From the NCBI GenBank assembly GCA_963674745.2, contig CAXXDV010000003.1, positions 1,088,001-1,152,000 of the forward strand: a stretch of 64,000 nt of DNA, read 5' to 3'. Position 1 is the stretch's first letter; each line of letters starts with the position of its first letter. Under the pieces are notes generated by a model. The model was not told the DNA's origin, did not search any database, and worked only from the letters and a program-made list of their open reading frames with translations. The DNA is from Desulfosudaceae bacterium (GTDB taxonomy: Bacteria > Desulfobacterota > Desulfobacteria > Desulfobacterales > Desulfosudaceae). The position numbers and the translations under genes are program-made. Positions 48,824-59,467 of this stretch are shown here, one piece after another.

Positions 48824-49711
48824 ATGAAAAAAGCGGAAATTATAGATCGCATAGACAACCTCAATGTCTGGAAAAGAGGCGGCATTCGCGCCCCTCATAA
48901 ACCGCTTTTATTATTATATGCCCTCGGCCGTCTGCAAAACAGTCAACGCCTTATCCCTTATGCCGAAATCGATCAGGACCTGAAAAAACTGCTTCGCGAA
49001 TTTGACCCTGCCAGAAAAAGCTATCATCCGGAATTCCCCTTCTGGCATCTTCAATCAGATGGCCTCTGGGAACTTGACAAATCTCACCCATTGGAAAAAA
49101 GAAAAGCGAGTTCAAGCGCCAAAAAATCCGAACTACTCAAACACAACGTAAGCGGTGGCCTGCCACCCGCTGTTTTTCGTCTGTTTGCATCCGACAAACA
49201 ATTCTCAGCAGACATCGCCACCCGCATCTTGGAAAACAATTTTCCGCCATCAATTCACGAAGACATCCTCCAGGCCGTAGGTCTGGATATTGAAAACATT
49301 TCATCCAAAGCAAGACTGCGCGATCCCAATTTCCGGGAACGGATCTTACGGGCCTATCAATATCAGTGTGCCGTCTGCGGCTTTAATGTCAGAGTAGGGG
49401 ACTCTTTGGTAGCCCTTGAAGCCGCTCACATCAAATGGCACCAGGCTGGCGGCCCGGATGAAGAGAACAACGGCCTGGCCCTGTGTTCCCTTCACCACAA
49501 ACTGTTTGACCGGGGCGCCTTTACCATTACCGCCAAGATGAAAATGGTCGTCTCAGAAACCGCCCACGGCTCCCATGGAATGGATGAATGGCTGCTGGCC
49601 TTTCATGGCAAAGATATCCGGCCGCCACAACGGTCATCGTATTATCCGAAAGTCAACTTCGTAAACTGGCATGTGAAAGAAGTGTTTAAGGGGTATGCGC
49701 GAGTTTCATAA
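48824..49711 (+). CDS. SBD-HNH nuclease, phosphorothioate-dependent restriction endonuclease family
   Basis: RAPHKPLLLL and FPFWHL match the sulfur-binding domain pattern; HNH RDPNFR..CAVCG..LEAAHI..NGLALCSLHHKLFDRG. Confidence 0.85.
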   Translation: MKKAEIIDRIDNLNVWKRGGIRAPHKPLLLLYALGRLQNSQRLIPYAEIDQDLKKLLREFDPARKSYHPEFPFWHLQSDGLWELDKSHPLEKRKASSSAKKSELLKHNVSGGLPPAVFRLFASDKQFSADIATRILENNFPPSIHEDILQAVGLDIENISSKARLRDPNFRERILRAYQYQCAVCGFNVRVGDSLVALEAAHIKWHQAGGPDEENNGLALCSLHHKLFDRGAFTITAKMKMVVSETAHGSHGMDEWLLAFHGKDIRPPQRSSYYPKVNFVNWHVKEVFKGYARVS

Positions 49712-49728
49712 CGGGAAACCATCAATAA

Positions 49729-50703
49729 ATGCCTAAATCAGAAAAAGAGCGTCGCTGGGAAATATTTCGGGCTCTACTTCCATTTTATGGAAAGATAGTG
49801 GTACCTGATTTTCTGCGAAAGACCTCTAATTTTATTCCAGGCATAGAAAGGGTACATCCTTTAATTGAAGGCATATATAAACCCAAATGGAGTGACCATG
49901 CGCTAAGTATCGCCAGCATGAAAATTAATCCGTATGTAGATAAGCTTACGCCTCTTCCGGATGGCCGCTGGACCATAAAGTACTCAGCTAAAAAAGGCGG
50001 CCCGGATACAGCTGTAAATCAAGGATTGTTCAACTGTATGAATCATAAAGAGCCTGTTATTGTTTTAGAACAGCTTTCAAGAAAAACGAGCAAAAAGGGT
50101 GTGCGATATAGATTGAGAGGTTTAGGGTTGATTTATAATTATGAGTCAGCAACTGACACTTTTAACATCCATCATGTAGATTTTGCCACATTGGAGCAGG
50201 TAAGCCAAGGTGTTGATGATGAAATTTTTATTGCTTCAGCCCTTCGGGAATTTACGTTAGAAGAATTTAAACCTTTTGTGGTTGACGATGTAGCCATTTA
50301 TCAGGTGGCCAAGCAAAAACGTGATCAGGCCTTTAAAAACGTTATCCTGGATCAATATGATTTCCAATGCGCGGTCACCGGCCTAAAATATCATTCAGAC
50401 AACTTAACCGAAGCTCAGGCTGCCCATATCATTGCAAAAGGTAAAAAGGGCTCTGATGATCCGCGCAACGGCATTGCTCTGTCTCGCACCGCCCATTGGG
50501 CCTTTGATGTGGGTATGTTTACAATTTCAGATCAATATGAGATCGTAATTCACCCCAAGGCAAAAAATGCTAGTATCAACAAGTTTCCAATATTGGAAAT
50601 GAACGGTCAGCAAATCCATTTACCGGAGGATGAAAACTATTATCCGCATTTGGATGCCCTGGCATGGCATAAAGAGAAAGTGTTCGATAGCTTTTCTTCA
50701 TAA
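49729..50703 (+). CDS. HNH nuclease with SRA-like N-terminal domain
   Basis: GIYKP..ALSI..NPYVD..IKYS..VNQGL..EPVIVL resembles SRA; HNH CAVTG..QAAHI..NGIALSRTAHWAFD. Confidence 0.75.
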   Translation: MPKSEKERRWEIFRALLPFYGKIVVPDFLRKTSNFIPGIERVHPLIEGIYKPKWSDHALSIASMKINPYVDKLTPLPDGRWTIKYSAKKGGPDTAVNQGLFNCMNHKEPVIVLEQLSRKTSKKGVRYRLRGLGLIYNYESATDTFNIHHVDFATLEQVSQGVDDEIFIASALREFTLEEFKPFVVDDVAIYQVAKQKRDQAFKNVILDQYDFQCAVTGLKYHSDNLTEAQAAHIIAKGKKGSDDPRNGIALSRTAHWAFDVGMFTISDQYEIVIHPKAKNASINKFPILEMNGQQIHLPEDENYYPHLDALAWHKEKVFDSFSS

Positions 50704-50747
50704 TTTTTGAGGTTTGCGTTCAGATTTTCTGAGCTCTGTGAGTGGTT

Positions 50748-51707
50748 ATGAGTGGACCCTTAAAAGGTTATATTGGACTAACTGACCCAGATTGGTATTC
50801 TTTTTTGAATGCTCAACCTCATATTGATGAGGTCAACTTCTGGCAACCACACGGAAACCGGGCGTTTCGTGCGCTTAATCCCGGTGAATTGTTCTTCTTC
50901 AAATTAAGAGCCCCTCTCAAAACAATTGCCGGTTTTGGCTTTTTTGAACGGTACGAAAGGCTCCCTGCCTGGTTGGCGTGGGACTGTTTTAAAGAAATGA
51001 ATGGTGCGCCTGATTTTGAGAGTATGATTGACAGAATTTGCCGCCTTCGCAATGCTGACGAGCAATCGAATATGGCTGGAGATTTTTTGATCGGCTGCAT
51101 CATGATTTCAGCGCCTGTTTTTTTCGCAGAAAATGAATGGGTAACCCCACCATCTGATTGGGCCAAAACAGGAATCCAGCAGGGCAAGACTTACAATCTC
51201 CAAATTGGTGAAGGACAACGAGTCCTTTTAGACTGTTTAGCCCTAGCAAAAGACGGGAATTACTGGAATGTAGAGCCTGAAGATAAAATTTCGGACAACG
51301 TGAACGATCGCTATGGCAATCCAATTACTGTCCGCCCTCGCTTGGGGCAGGGACTTTTTAGTATAAAAGTTCGAGAAGCCTACAACGGTGCCTGCGCCGT
51401 GACGCATGAGCATACTATACCTGTTCTTGAGGCAGCGCATATAAAGCCTTATGCTCGTGGCGGGGAACACCGAGTAGATAATGGGCTCTTGCTTCGTAGG
51501 GATTTACACAGTCTTTATGATCGTGGTTATGTGACAATAACACCAGACTATGTTTTTCAAGTCGGTGATAGGCTCCGCGATGAGTTTAAAAATGGTCGCA
51601 GCTATTATAGTCTACATGGTTCATCGATCCATATTCCGAGTAATGTAATATTACGACCCAATAAAAAGTTACTTGAATGGCATACCCAGACGGTTTTCAA
51701 GGGGTAG
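50748..51707 (+). CDS. HNH nuclease with EVE/PUA-like N-terminal domain
   Basis: TDPDW..EVNFW..ALNPGELFFFK..IAGFG; HNH RLGQGLF..CAVT..LEAAHI..NGLLLRRDLHSLYDRG. The reader-fold assignment is tentative. Confidence 0.72.
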   Translation: MSGPLKGYIGLTDPDWYSFLNAQPHIDEVNFWQPHGNRAFRALNPGELFFFKLRAPLKTIAGFGFFERYERLPAWLAWDCFKEMNGAPDFESMIDRICRLRNADEQSNMAGDFLIGCIMISAPVFFAENEWVTPPSDWAKTGIQQGKTYNLQIGEGQRVLLDCLALAKDGNYWNVEPEDKISDNVNDRYGNPITVRPRLGQGLFSIKVREAYNGACAVTHEHTIPVLEAAHIKPYARGGEHRVDNGLLLRRDLHSLYDRGYVTITPDYVFQVGDRLRDEFKNGRSYYSLHGSSIHIPSNVILRPNKKLLEWHTQTVFKG

Positions 51708-51826
51708 GCTTTATTGGCGTTTGATGTTATTCGAGCTTTTTGGTTTTACGAGTCGTTACAGTATATTAAATTAGCACCAACTTGTAACAAAAGCCATTAA
51801 GCGTATCAGTTAGATAAGGGGAAATA

Positions 51827-54800
51827 ATGATATTAGACAATAAAAATAACGAAAAAAGAGTTTATGAATGGCTTCAAGACTACACCGACGAAGGCCAAAT
51901 GGATATAGTCACCGGTTATTTCACAGTCGGCGCTTTAGCTTATCTATCAAATCAAACCAATCAGAAAATCAAACAATTCAGAATGGTCTTAGGCGACATC
52001 GTCAATATGGACTTGATACAGGATAGGACAATTGATCTGCTCAATGAAAACATTACTATCGAAGCTGCCTTAAAGTTGAACTCAGTTGCCCAGGAAGCTG
52101 TAGCATTTTTGCGTCAGGAGAAAGTCGAAGCTAAGACGCTGGAACCAAATTTTTGTCACGCAAAAATTTATCTTTTTAATCCTGAACATGATGAAAGATA
52201 CAAATATTTCATTTCAGGCAGTTCAAACCTTACTGAAGCAGGGATTGGCCTTAAGGCAACGAACAACTTGGAACTGAATATCGCTGAGACAGGTAATAAC
52301 AATCAATACCAGGAATTGATAAGATGGTTTAATAATCTTTGGAAAAGCAAAGAGGCACATAACAAAAAAACAATAGTGCACGCGGACGGGAGAAAAACGG
52401 CCACGCCTTTTAAAGAATATCTTATTGAGGCCATAGAGAAGATTTTTATTAAATATACTCCCAGGCAGCTTTATTACAAAGTCCTGTTTGAATTATTCGG
52501 TAATCAGTTAATAACAGAGCAAGATAATCCCGAGTTTAGTCGACAAGTCGGAAGGCTTGAGAACACCGTTATTTATAATACCCTTTATGATTTTCAGAAA
52601 AAGGGTGCGCTGAGCCTGATAAAGATGCTGCAAAAATATGACGGGGCTATTCTTGCCGATGCCGTCGGATTGGGTAAAACATGGAGCGCCCTGGCCGTAA
52701 TGAAATTTTTCCAATTGCAGGGGCGAGAAGTTATCCTCATGTGTCCCAAGAAACTACAGTATAACTGGCACAGATACCGCAAACACCAAAATTCAAAATT
52801 TGAAAAAGATCAGTTAGAGTATTTTATTCGCTTCCATACCGATATGCATGAAGAAAGGTTAGAACGCTATGATGATAGGGCAGATAAATTTTTCAACGAT
52901 GATAAGCCCAAATTGTTTGTCATTGATGAAAGTCATAACTTAAGAAATAGCAAGAGTCAGCGTTACCAGTTTTTTGTTGATGAAATTTTAAAAAAGAATG
53001 CCGATGTAAAAGTGCTGATGCTTTCTGCGACTCCGATTAATAATACACTTATGGACATAAGAAATCAGTTTAAGCTGATAAAGCAGGGGGAAACCGGCGG
53101 TTTTTTTGAAAGTCATTCTGTAAGAAATATTGATCATTTATTTAACCGCGCGCAACATGCTTTTTTTGAGTGGAGAAAAGCTAAAGCACCTAAAATCAAT
53201 GACTTTATAAAACTGCTGCCACGTGATTTTTTCAGGCTAACGGACGCGTTGACGGTAGCCAGAACCCGCCCAATGATTGAAAAGCAGAAGACCGGGCTGT
53301 TTTTCCCGCAAAAGACAAAGCCCGAAAATATTTTTGTAACACCAAAACAAATCGGCAATTACGATAGTTTTGAGGAATTGTTTGAGCACTTCCCGCCTTT
53401 TTTATCGGCGTATCAACCCGCCTTCTATATCGAGCAGGAGGAGGATGTCGATAAAATTCACGATGAAAGACAGCGAGACAGATTTCTTGTCAAAATGATG
53501 TATATTCTGCTTGTGAAGCGATTAGAGTCGTCCTGGTCTTCTTTCCACTCAACTGTTGAAAAAATACTGGTACACCATCAGAACGCACTTAATAAAATCA
53601 ATGAATATGAGAAAAACAAAAAGAATTTCGAAATTGAGGATGTTTTTGAACAGGGTTTTTTAGACGATGAGGATCAGGAAGGCTTTACCGACGACTTTAC
53701 CCTTGGGAAAAAGCGTCCTATTAGCCTTGACGAAATAAATACAGCAGGTAAATTGGGTGGTTTTAAAAAGGATCTGAAAAAAGATATTGAAGCATTAGAT
53801 GCTCTAAAAAATAACTTGGATAGATTCAACAAAGACATAAAAGCGGAGACTAAAAAATCGAGAAATTATTCAAGCAAAGATGAAAAGCTACAGTCACTGA
53901 TAGAAAAAATAAATACCAAAAGAAAAGCCGGGAAAAACGGCAATAACCAGAAAATTCTTATTTTTACTGTATATAAAGACACCGCATTCTACCTTTTTGA
54001 TCAGCTGGTTAAGAGGGGGTTTAAAGATATTGCTGTTGTCAGTGGGGACGGAGCTAAAACAGATTCTTTGGAACATGAAACAAAGTTATTTGAGCCAATA
54101 TTGGAACGATTTGCTCCTTTTACAAAACAATTTAATGAAAAAGAATGGTCATTCACGCCAAGTAAGCCCAATTTACCCAAATCCAAACAATACGAGGAGT
54201 GGCTTACGTGGGTAGAAGAAAATGCCCCTAAAACATATAAGCAACTTCAAAATCCGATTGATATTCTTATCGCTACAGATGTCCTCAGCGAAGGGCAAAA
54301 CCTGCAAGATTGTGACCTAGTCATAAATTATGATATTCATTGGAACCCAGTTCGAGTAATACAGCGTATGGGGCGGATAGACAGGCTGGGGTCACCCAAT
54401 AAAGAGATATTTGGTATTAACTACTGGCCTTCAGAAAATATAAATACCTATTTAAATCTCAAAGGACGAGTTGAACAGAAAATGACACTCATGAAACTTG
54501 CCGGCTCAGAAGTTCAGTTGGAGTTTTCAAAATCATTCAAGGAAATGGCAACTGACGCCAGTTTCGAAGACCAACTGAACGAAAGAATGTTGCGGCAGAT
54601 GCAGACGACCTGGGAAGATATTGAGGAAAATGAAAGCGGATTGGGCTTTGAGGATCTCTCTCTTGAAGAATTCAGGCAGGATTTATTGGAAGAACAGCAG
54701 AGAGATGAAGAGTTCTATAAGAATATGCCCAAGGGCGTGTATACCGGCTTCCAGGCAGATAAAGCGATATGTAAAGAAGGTGGCATTATTGCCCTTCTGG

Positions 54801-55216
54801 GGTATCCGGCAAAGCCACCTAAAACGATCAATCATGAATACAGCACCTATGACCTGATTTACATAAATGAGAATGGCGAACAAGTATTGTTAAATCAGAA
54901 GGAGGTGCTGGACGCCCTTTCCTATCATAAAGATAAAGAAAGGCATGTTCCGGATGGTGTTGAAAGAGGCGAAGAAGCCGCTATTTCAGGTTTGGTTGTC
55001 TCTATCAAGAACTGGCTTGACTCACAAGCCACAGAAGAAGAAATTTTAGACGATGGCACGGTTAGAAAGCGAGCCGGGGCGGAAACAAAAGACATCCTGG
55101 GAAAACTTAAAACCGGTGACAGTACTGCTTTAAAAAGAGTGAAAGAAAATGTCAGGGTATCGGATAAATTCAAGCCGGAGAATTTTGATTTGATAACATG
55201 GTTTCTGGTCAACTAA
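51827..55216 (+). CDS. PLD-family nuclease fused to SNF2-type helicase
   Basis: HAKIY...GSSNLT (HxK...GSxN), LADAVGLGKT, IDESHN, LSATP, SEGQNLQ, WNP..QRMGRIDR. Confidence 0.92.
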   Translation: MILDNKNNEKRVYEWLQDYTDEGQMDIVTGYFTVGALAYLSNQTNQKIKQFRMVLGDIVNMDLIQDRTIDLLNENITIEAALKLNSVAQEAVAFLRQEKVEAKTLEPNFCHAKIYLFNPEHDERYKYFISGSSNLTEAGIGLKATNNLELNIAETGNNNQYQELIRWFNNLWKSKEAHNKKTIVHADGRKTATPFKEYLIEAIEKIFIKYTPRQLYYKVLFELFGNQLITEQDNPEFSRQVGRLENTVIYNTLYDFQKKGALSLIKMLQKYDGAILADAVGLGKTWSALAVMKFFQLQGREVILMCPKKLQYNWHRYRKHQNSKFEKDQLEYFIRFHTDMHEERLERYDDRADKFFNDDKPKLFVIDESHNLRNSKSQRYQFFVDEILKKNADVKVLMLSATPINNTLMDIRNQFKLIKQGETGGFFESHSVRNIDHLFNRAQHAFFEWRKAKAPKINDFIKLLPRDFFRLTDALTVARTRPMIEKQKTGLFFPQKTKPENIFVTPKQIGNYDSFEELFEHFPPFLSAYQPAFYIEQEEDVDKIHDERQRDRFLVKMMYILLVKRLESSWSSFHSTVEKILVHHQNALNKINEYEKNKKNFEIEDVFEQGFLDDEDQEGFTDDFTLGKKRPISLDEINTAGKLGGFKKDLKKDIEALDALKNNLDRFNKDIKAETKKSRNYSSKDEKLQSLIEKINTKRKAGKNGNNQKILIFTVYKDTAFYLFDQLVKRGFKDIAVVSGDGAKTDSLEHETKLFEPILERFAPFTKQFNEKEWSFTPSKPNLPKSKQYEEWLTWVEENAPKTYKQLQNPIDILIATDVLSEGQNLQDCDLVINYDIHWNPVRVIQRMGRIDRLGSPNKEIFGINYWPSENINTYLNLKGRVEQKMTLMKLAGSEVQLEFSKSFKEMATDASFEDQLNERMLRQMQTTWEDIEENESGLGFEDLSLEEFRQDLLEEQQRDEEFYKNMPKGVYTGFQADKAICKEGGIIALLGYPAKPPKTINHEYSTYDLIYINENGEQVLLNQKEVLDALSYHKDKERHVPDGVERGEEAAISGLVVSIKNWLDSQATEEEILDDGTVRKRAGAETKDILGKLKTGDSTALKRVKENVRVSDKFKPENFDLITWFLVN

Positions 55217-55227
55217 AGGACAAAAAA

Positions 55228-58200
55228 ATGGATTTGAGTTTATTTAAAGACAAAGTGGACTTTTATGATGCACTGAAATCGCTTTTTGAATCTCTTAATG
55301 TCCCGGTTAACTGTATTGATGAAAAATCAATAGCTCCAGAATCAATACTAACGAAAACATACAAGGAGACCAATGAAGCATTTTTATTGATGGAAGATGT
55401 CTATGTGCTTGGCATGGTTGATGACAATGCTTTTGCAGGATCTGCAAGCGACACCTTGGATAGTGTAAAGAACAGAAGCCAGGACTATGACGGTATTTTA
55501 ATATTCGGGGTTACTTTGAAAGACCGGGATAAAGGTCTTTTACCTACCCGTACCCAGTTGGCAGAAATAAGCAGGGCCTTCAACAGAGAATATCCTCACG
55601 CACCTGTTGTTGTTGTATGCCGATACGGTGACTATATTGCAATCGCCAACTCAGAGCGAGCAGCCTATAAGCAGCAATGGCGAGAGGGTGAAAAAGTCGG
55701 CAAAGTTGCTCTGCTCAGAGACATTAATATCGATAAGCCTCATACTGGGCACCTGAAAATCCTACAAGAACTGACCATTACCCGCTCAGGGAAAGGCGCG
55801 GTAAACAGCTTTGCTGAATTATACGCCTACTGGCAGTCTGTCTTTAATGTTTCGATTCTGAATAAGCAGTTCTATAAAGAGCTCTCCGACTGGTATTTTT
55901 GGGCCATGCGTGAAGTCTATTTCCCCGATGCGCCTTTGCAGGCCAACTTTGGGGCAGATGGTTTAAAAGATCCCGAAGTCAGGGAACACAATGCCAAAAA
56001 CCTTATCAGGCTCCTCACCCGCATACTCTTTGTCTGGTTTGTTAAAGAAAAAAAGCTTATCCCTGAAGAGCTTTTTGATGAAGCCCATATAAAAACTGAA
56101 CTGTTGAAAAATTTTGAACCAAAGAAAAAAAAGAAATTTGATTATAAAACACATGGAAGCATGTATTACCGCGCGATACTGCAAAACCTCTTTTTTGCCA
56201 CGCTCAACCAGGACATGGGTAAACGTGAGTTCCGAAAATCCGGGCAACACATGAACATAACGAACTTGATGCGCTATGAAACATATTTCAAAGCCCCGGA
56301 CAAATTCATCCATCTTGTTGAAAAGGCAGTACCCTTTATGAATGGCGGTCTTTTTGAATGTCTTGATAAACCGATTGAGGGGAAAAAAGGCAGAAGGGGC
56401 GGAGATATTATCAATTATATTGACGGGTTTTCAGACAAAAAAGAAAACGAACTGATCGTACCCGATTATATTTTCTTTGGTACCGAAGACCACGTCAATT
56501 TAAGTGAAGAATACGGGCAGGGGAAAAGCAAAAATAAAGATGTCTCTGTCAAGGGTTTAATTGACATTCTAAACTCATACAAATTTACCATTGATGAAAA
56601 CACCCCCATTGAGCAGGACATTGCCTTAGACCCTGAACTATTGGGTCGCGTATTTGAAAACCTGTTGGCCAGCTACAACCCGGAAACAAAAACAACCGCC
56701 AGAAAACAAACCGGTTCTTTTTATACACCCCGCGAGATTGTAAATTACATGGTGGATGAAAGCCTGATTGCCCATCTAAAAAACAGCCTCGCAGATTCTT
56801 TCGAGGTTGCAAAGGAGCTGGATGAAAAACTGCATCAGCTTTTGTCTTATGATGACATACAGCCTTTTGATGATGAAGGCGTAAAGGAAGCTATAATTAA
56901 AGCCATTGATAAATGCAAAATTCTTGATCCTGCCTGCGGTTCCGGCGCTTTTCCCATGGGCGCATTGCAGAAAATGGTTCACATCATTCAAAAAATTGAC
57001 CCGATGAACAAACGCTGGAAAGAAAGACAATATGAAAAAGCCCAAGCCATTGATGACGGCACCATTCGAGACAGTCTGATTGCTGATATTGAAGAGGCAT
57101 TTGAAAATAACGAATTAGACTATGGCCGTAAGCTTTACCTGATCGAAAACTGTATCTATGGTGTTGATATTCAGCCCATTGCCGTGCAGATCAGTAAGCT
57201 ACGCTTTTTTATTTCGCTTATCGTTGACCAGAAGGTAAATAAAAAGAAGAAAAACTTCGGTGTTCGTCCGCTGCCAAACCTTGAGACCAAATTTGTCGCC
57301 GCAAACACGCTGATTGGATTGAAAAAGCCGGAAGAACCATTATTTGACCGTGAGGAAGTCCAAAAACTTGAAAACGAACTCAAAGATATACGGCATCGTC
57401 TTTTTTCCGCAAAAACACCAACAACAAAAAGAAATCTTCGCAAAGAAGATAAAAATATCCGGGAGCAAATAACAAAAAAACTTGAAGAGACCGGTTGGGG
57501 CAATGAAACGGCACGGCAGTTAGCAGACTGGGATCCTTATGATCAAAATGCCTCATCACCATTCTTTGATGCCGAATGGATGTTTGATATAGCAGATGGA
57601 TTTGATGTGGTGATTGGAAATCCACCATATGTTGACTCCGAAACCATGGTTAAAAATGATTCCGAATATAGAGACAAATTGAAAAGTATCTACAGAGCCG
57701 CTCAAGGGAATTGGGATATATTTGTAGTGTTTATTGAAAAAGGCATATTACTTACAAAGATGAATGGGAATACCACATATATTGTTCCAAACAAATTTAT
57801 TTCAGCAAAGTACACTACTGGATTAAGGACATTGTTATGCAAATATCAAATCCAGGAGATTGTAGATTATTCCTCAGTAAATGTATTCGAAGAGGCAGAT
57901 GTTTATCCGGTTGTATTTAGAATCTGTAATACAAATAGAAGGTTAAATGTAAATACAAAATTAATGTCTGATCTACACAATACCAAGGTAAATCTGAGCA
58001 TTGCATCTAATATATTTTACTCCGACATTTTTTGGGATAAATACTTTTTCGACCAACATGTTGTAGAATCTATTGTCGAGATATCAACAAACAATCCACT
58101 TACGAGCTATGACTTCGAAATACTTGGCGCGGCCACGGTCAGTGAAGCCTACCAAATTAAAGAACATATTCGTGAACTAAACGCTTCTTTGAAAGATTAT

Positions 58201-58953
58201 TATAAACTCATTAATACCGGCACAATAGACCCTTTTCGAAATTTTTGGGGAGTTAAAAAAACGAAGTATATCAAAGGCACATATGAAAGACCTGTTATCT
58301 CCAAGTCAAATCTTAAAAAAATTTCTCCTAAAAGACTTGAACAATCAGATTCTGCTAAAATCATTGTTGCGGGGATGAGTCTGCGGATTGAGGCATTTTA
58401 TGACGCAGGCGGTTTTCTGGCTGGGAAATCGACATCAATAATACTTGGTAATAAGAAAAAGTTAATGGCTCTTAATGCAATCTTAAATTCAACAATCATT
58501 TCATTTTGGTTTTCAAAAAACTACAATTCTTTGTCAATGGCCGGGGGATATTTTAATGTCGGCACTAATGAAATTGGTTCTTTGCCTATTCCTGAAAAGG
58601 CTTTTGGTGAGTATTTAGATATTTTTTGCAGACTTAATTGTATCATTGAGACTTCTCTTGATTCCAATGCCATGACATCCTGTTTTATAGAGGTATTAAA
58701 TTTTTCATGTGCTGAACTTTACTTCTCCGATCACATGAAAAGTCGCAATATCGATATTCTGCAATTCGTTAAAAAAGATTTAAAAGAAGTGCTGCAAAAC
58801 AAGGATTTTGATCAGTTGACAGATAACCAGAAGGAGAAGATCATCAACCAGCTATATACCAGGTGGACAGAACCCCAAAACAAAATTACCCAACGGATAA
58901 AAATATTTTGTACAAAAAGTTCGGATATATTAAAACAAATCATAAAAGGTTAA
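55228..58953 (+). CDS. Eco57I/type IIG-like N6-adenine DNA methyltransferase with C-terminal TRD
   Basis: NGGLF, DPELLGRVFE, RKQTGSFYTPR, LDPACGSGAF (motif I), GVDIQ, IGNPPY (motif IV); TaqI-C-like C-terminus. Confidence 0.92.
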   Translation: MDLSLFKDKVDFYDALKSLFESLNVPVNCIDEKSIAPESILTKTYKETNEAFLLMEDVYVLGMVDDNAFAGSASDTLDSVKNRSQDYDGILIFGVTLKDRDKGLLPTRTQLAEISRAFNREYPHAPVVVVCRYGDYIAIANSERAAYKQQWREGEKVGKVALLRDINIDKPHTGHLKILQELTITRSGKGAVNSFAELYAYWQSVFNVSILNKQFYKELSDWYFWAMREVYFPDAPLQANFGADGLKDPEVREHNAKNLIRLLTRILFVWFVKEKKLIPEELFDEAHIKTELLKNFEPKKKKKFDYKTHGSMYYRAILQNLFFATLNQDMGKREFRKSGQHMNITNLMRYETYFKAPDKFIHLVEKAVPFMNGGLFECLDKPIEGKKGRRGGDIINYIDGFSDKKENELIVPDYIFFGTEDHVNLSEEYGQGKSKNKDVSVKGLIDILNSYKFTIDENTPIEQDIALDPELLGRVFENLLASYNPETKTTARKQTGSFYTPREIVNYMVDESLIAHLKNSLADSFEVAKELDEKLHQLLSYDDIQPFDDEGVKEAIIKAIDKCKILDPACGSGAFPMGALQKMVHIIQKIDPMNKRWKERQYEKAQAIDDGTIRDSLIADIEEAFENNELDYGRKLYLIENCIYGVDIQPIAVQISKLRFFISLIVDQKVNKKKKNFGVRPLPNLETKFVAANTLIGLKKPEEPLFDREEVQKLENELKDIRHRLFSAKTPTTKRNLRKEDKNIREQITKKLEETGWGNETARQLADWDPYDQNASSPFFDAEWMFDIADGFDVVIGNPPYVDSETMVKNDSEYRDKLKSIYRAAQGNWDIFVVFIEKGILLTKMNGNTTYIVPNKFISAKYTTGLRTLLCKYQIQEIVDYSSVNVFEEADVYPVVFRICNTNRRLNVNTKLMSDLHNTKVNLSIASNIFYSDIFWDKYFFDQHVVESIVEISTNNPLTSYDFEILGAATVSEAYQIKEHIRELNASLKDYYKLINTGTIDPFRNFWGVKKTKYIKGTYERPVISKSNLKKISPKRLEQSDSAKIIVAGMSLRIEAFYDAGGFLAGKSTSIILGNKKKLMALNAILNSTIISFWFSKNYNSLSMAGGYFNVGTNEIGSLPIPEKAFGEYLDIFCRLNCIIETSLDSNAMTSCFIEVLNFSCAELYFSDHMKSRNIDILQFVKKDLKEVLQNKDFDQLTDNQKEKIINQLYTRWTEPQNKITQRIKIFCTKSSDILKQIIKG

Positions 58954-59137
58954 TTTAGAATAGATTAAGTTGTGGCCAGACTTTACAGGTATATCTATGT
59001 TAGGTTTTGGGTAAAATGTCCATTTTCTAAAAAGTAAAAGGAGAGGGATAATGTAAGCGTCAAATTAACCCCATCTTCACAAGCCGGGCGGACCGTGTCA
59101 AGATAGCGCCAAAAATTTAATTCGGAAAGGCGCTATT

Positions 59138-59467
59138 ATGAAAAACAAGAAAATTAACCGCGAACAGGAACGAGCGGAGAAACGACGGTTCTGGGAACGG
59201 CATATTCAGATGTGGCGGGCCAGTGGCCTGAGCCAGACGGAATATCAGCGAAAAAACAATTTGTCTAAATGGCAATTTGTGTACTGGAAGAAAAAGTTCG
59301 AACAACCGGTTTCATCAGATGTCTCCCTGGTTCCGATTTCCTTGCCGCAAGCCATGCCGTCCGCACCGTTAAGCCTGGTCGTTAATAACCGATACCGGAT
59401 AGAAGTATCCGAAGGATTTCAGCCGTTGGTTCTGGAGCAGGTTCTGGAAGTAGTGGACCGGCGATGA
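59138..59467 (+). CDS. tnpA: IS66 accessory protein TnpA
   Basis: W..HIQMWRASGLSQTEY..F.YWKKK; first ORF of the IS66. Confidence 0.9.
   Translation: MKNKKINREQERAEKRRFWERHIQMWRASGLSQTEYQRKNNLSKWQFVYWKKKFEQPVSSDVSLVPISLPQAMPSAPLSLVVNNRYRIEVSEGFQPLVLEQVLEVVDRR

Noticed and set aside
48694..48900. 68-aa ORF before the first HNH gene
   Set aside because: It overlaps the HNH start out of frame, has no recognisable motif and probably spans promoter DNA.
51827..58953. DISARM or BREX system
   Set aside because: SNF2 plus MTase resemble drmD/drmMI, but drmA, drmB, pglZ and brxC are not in the window.
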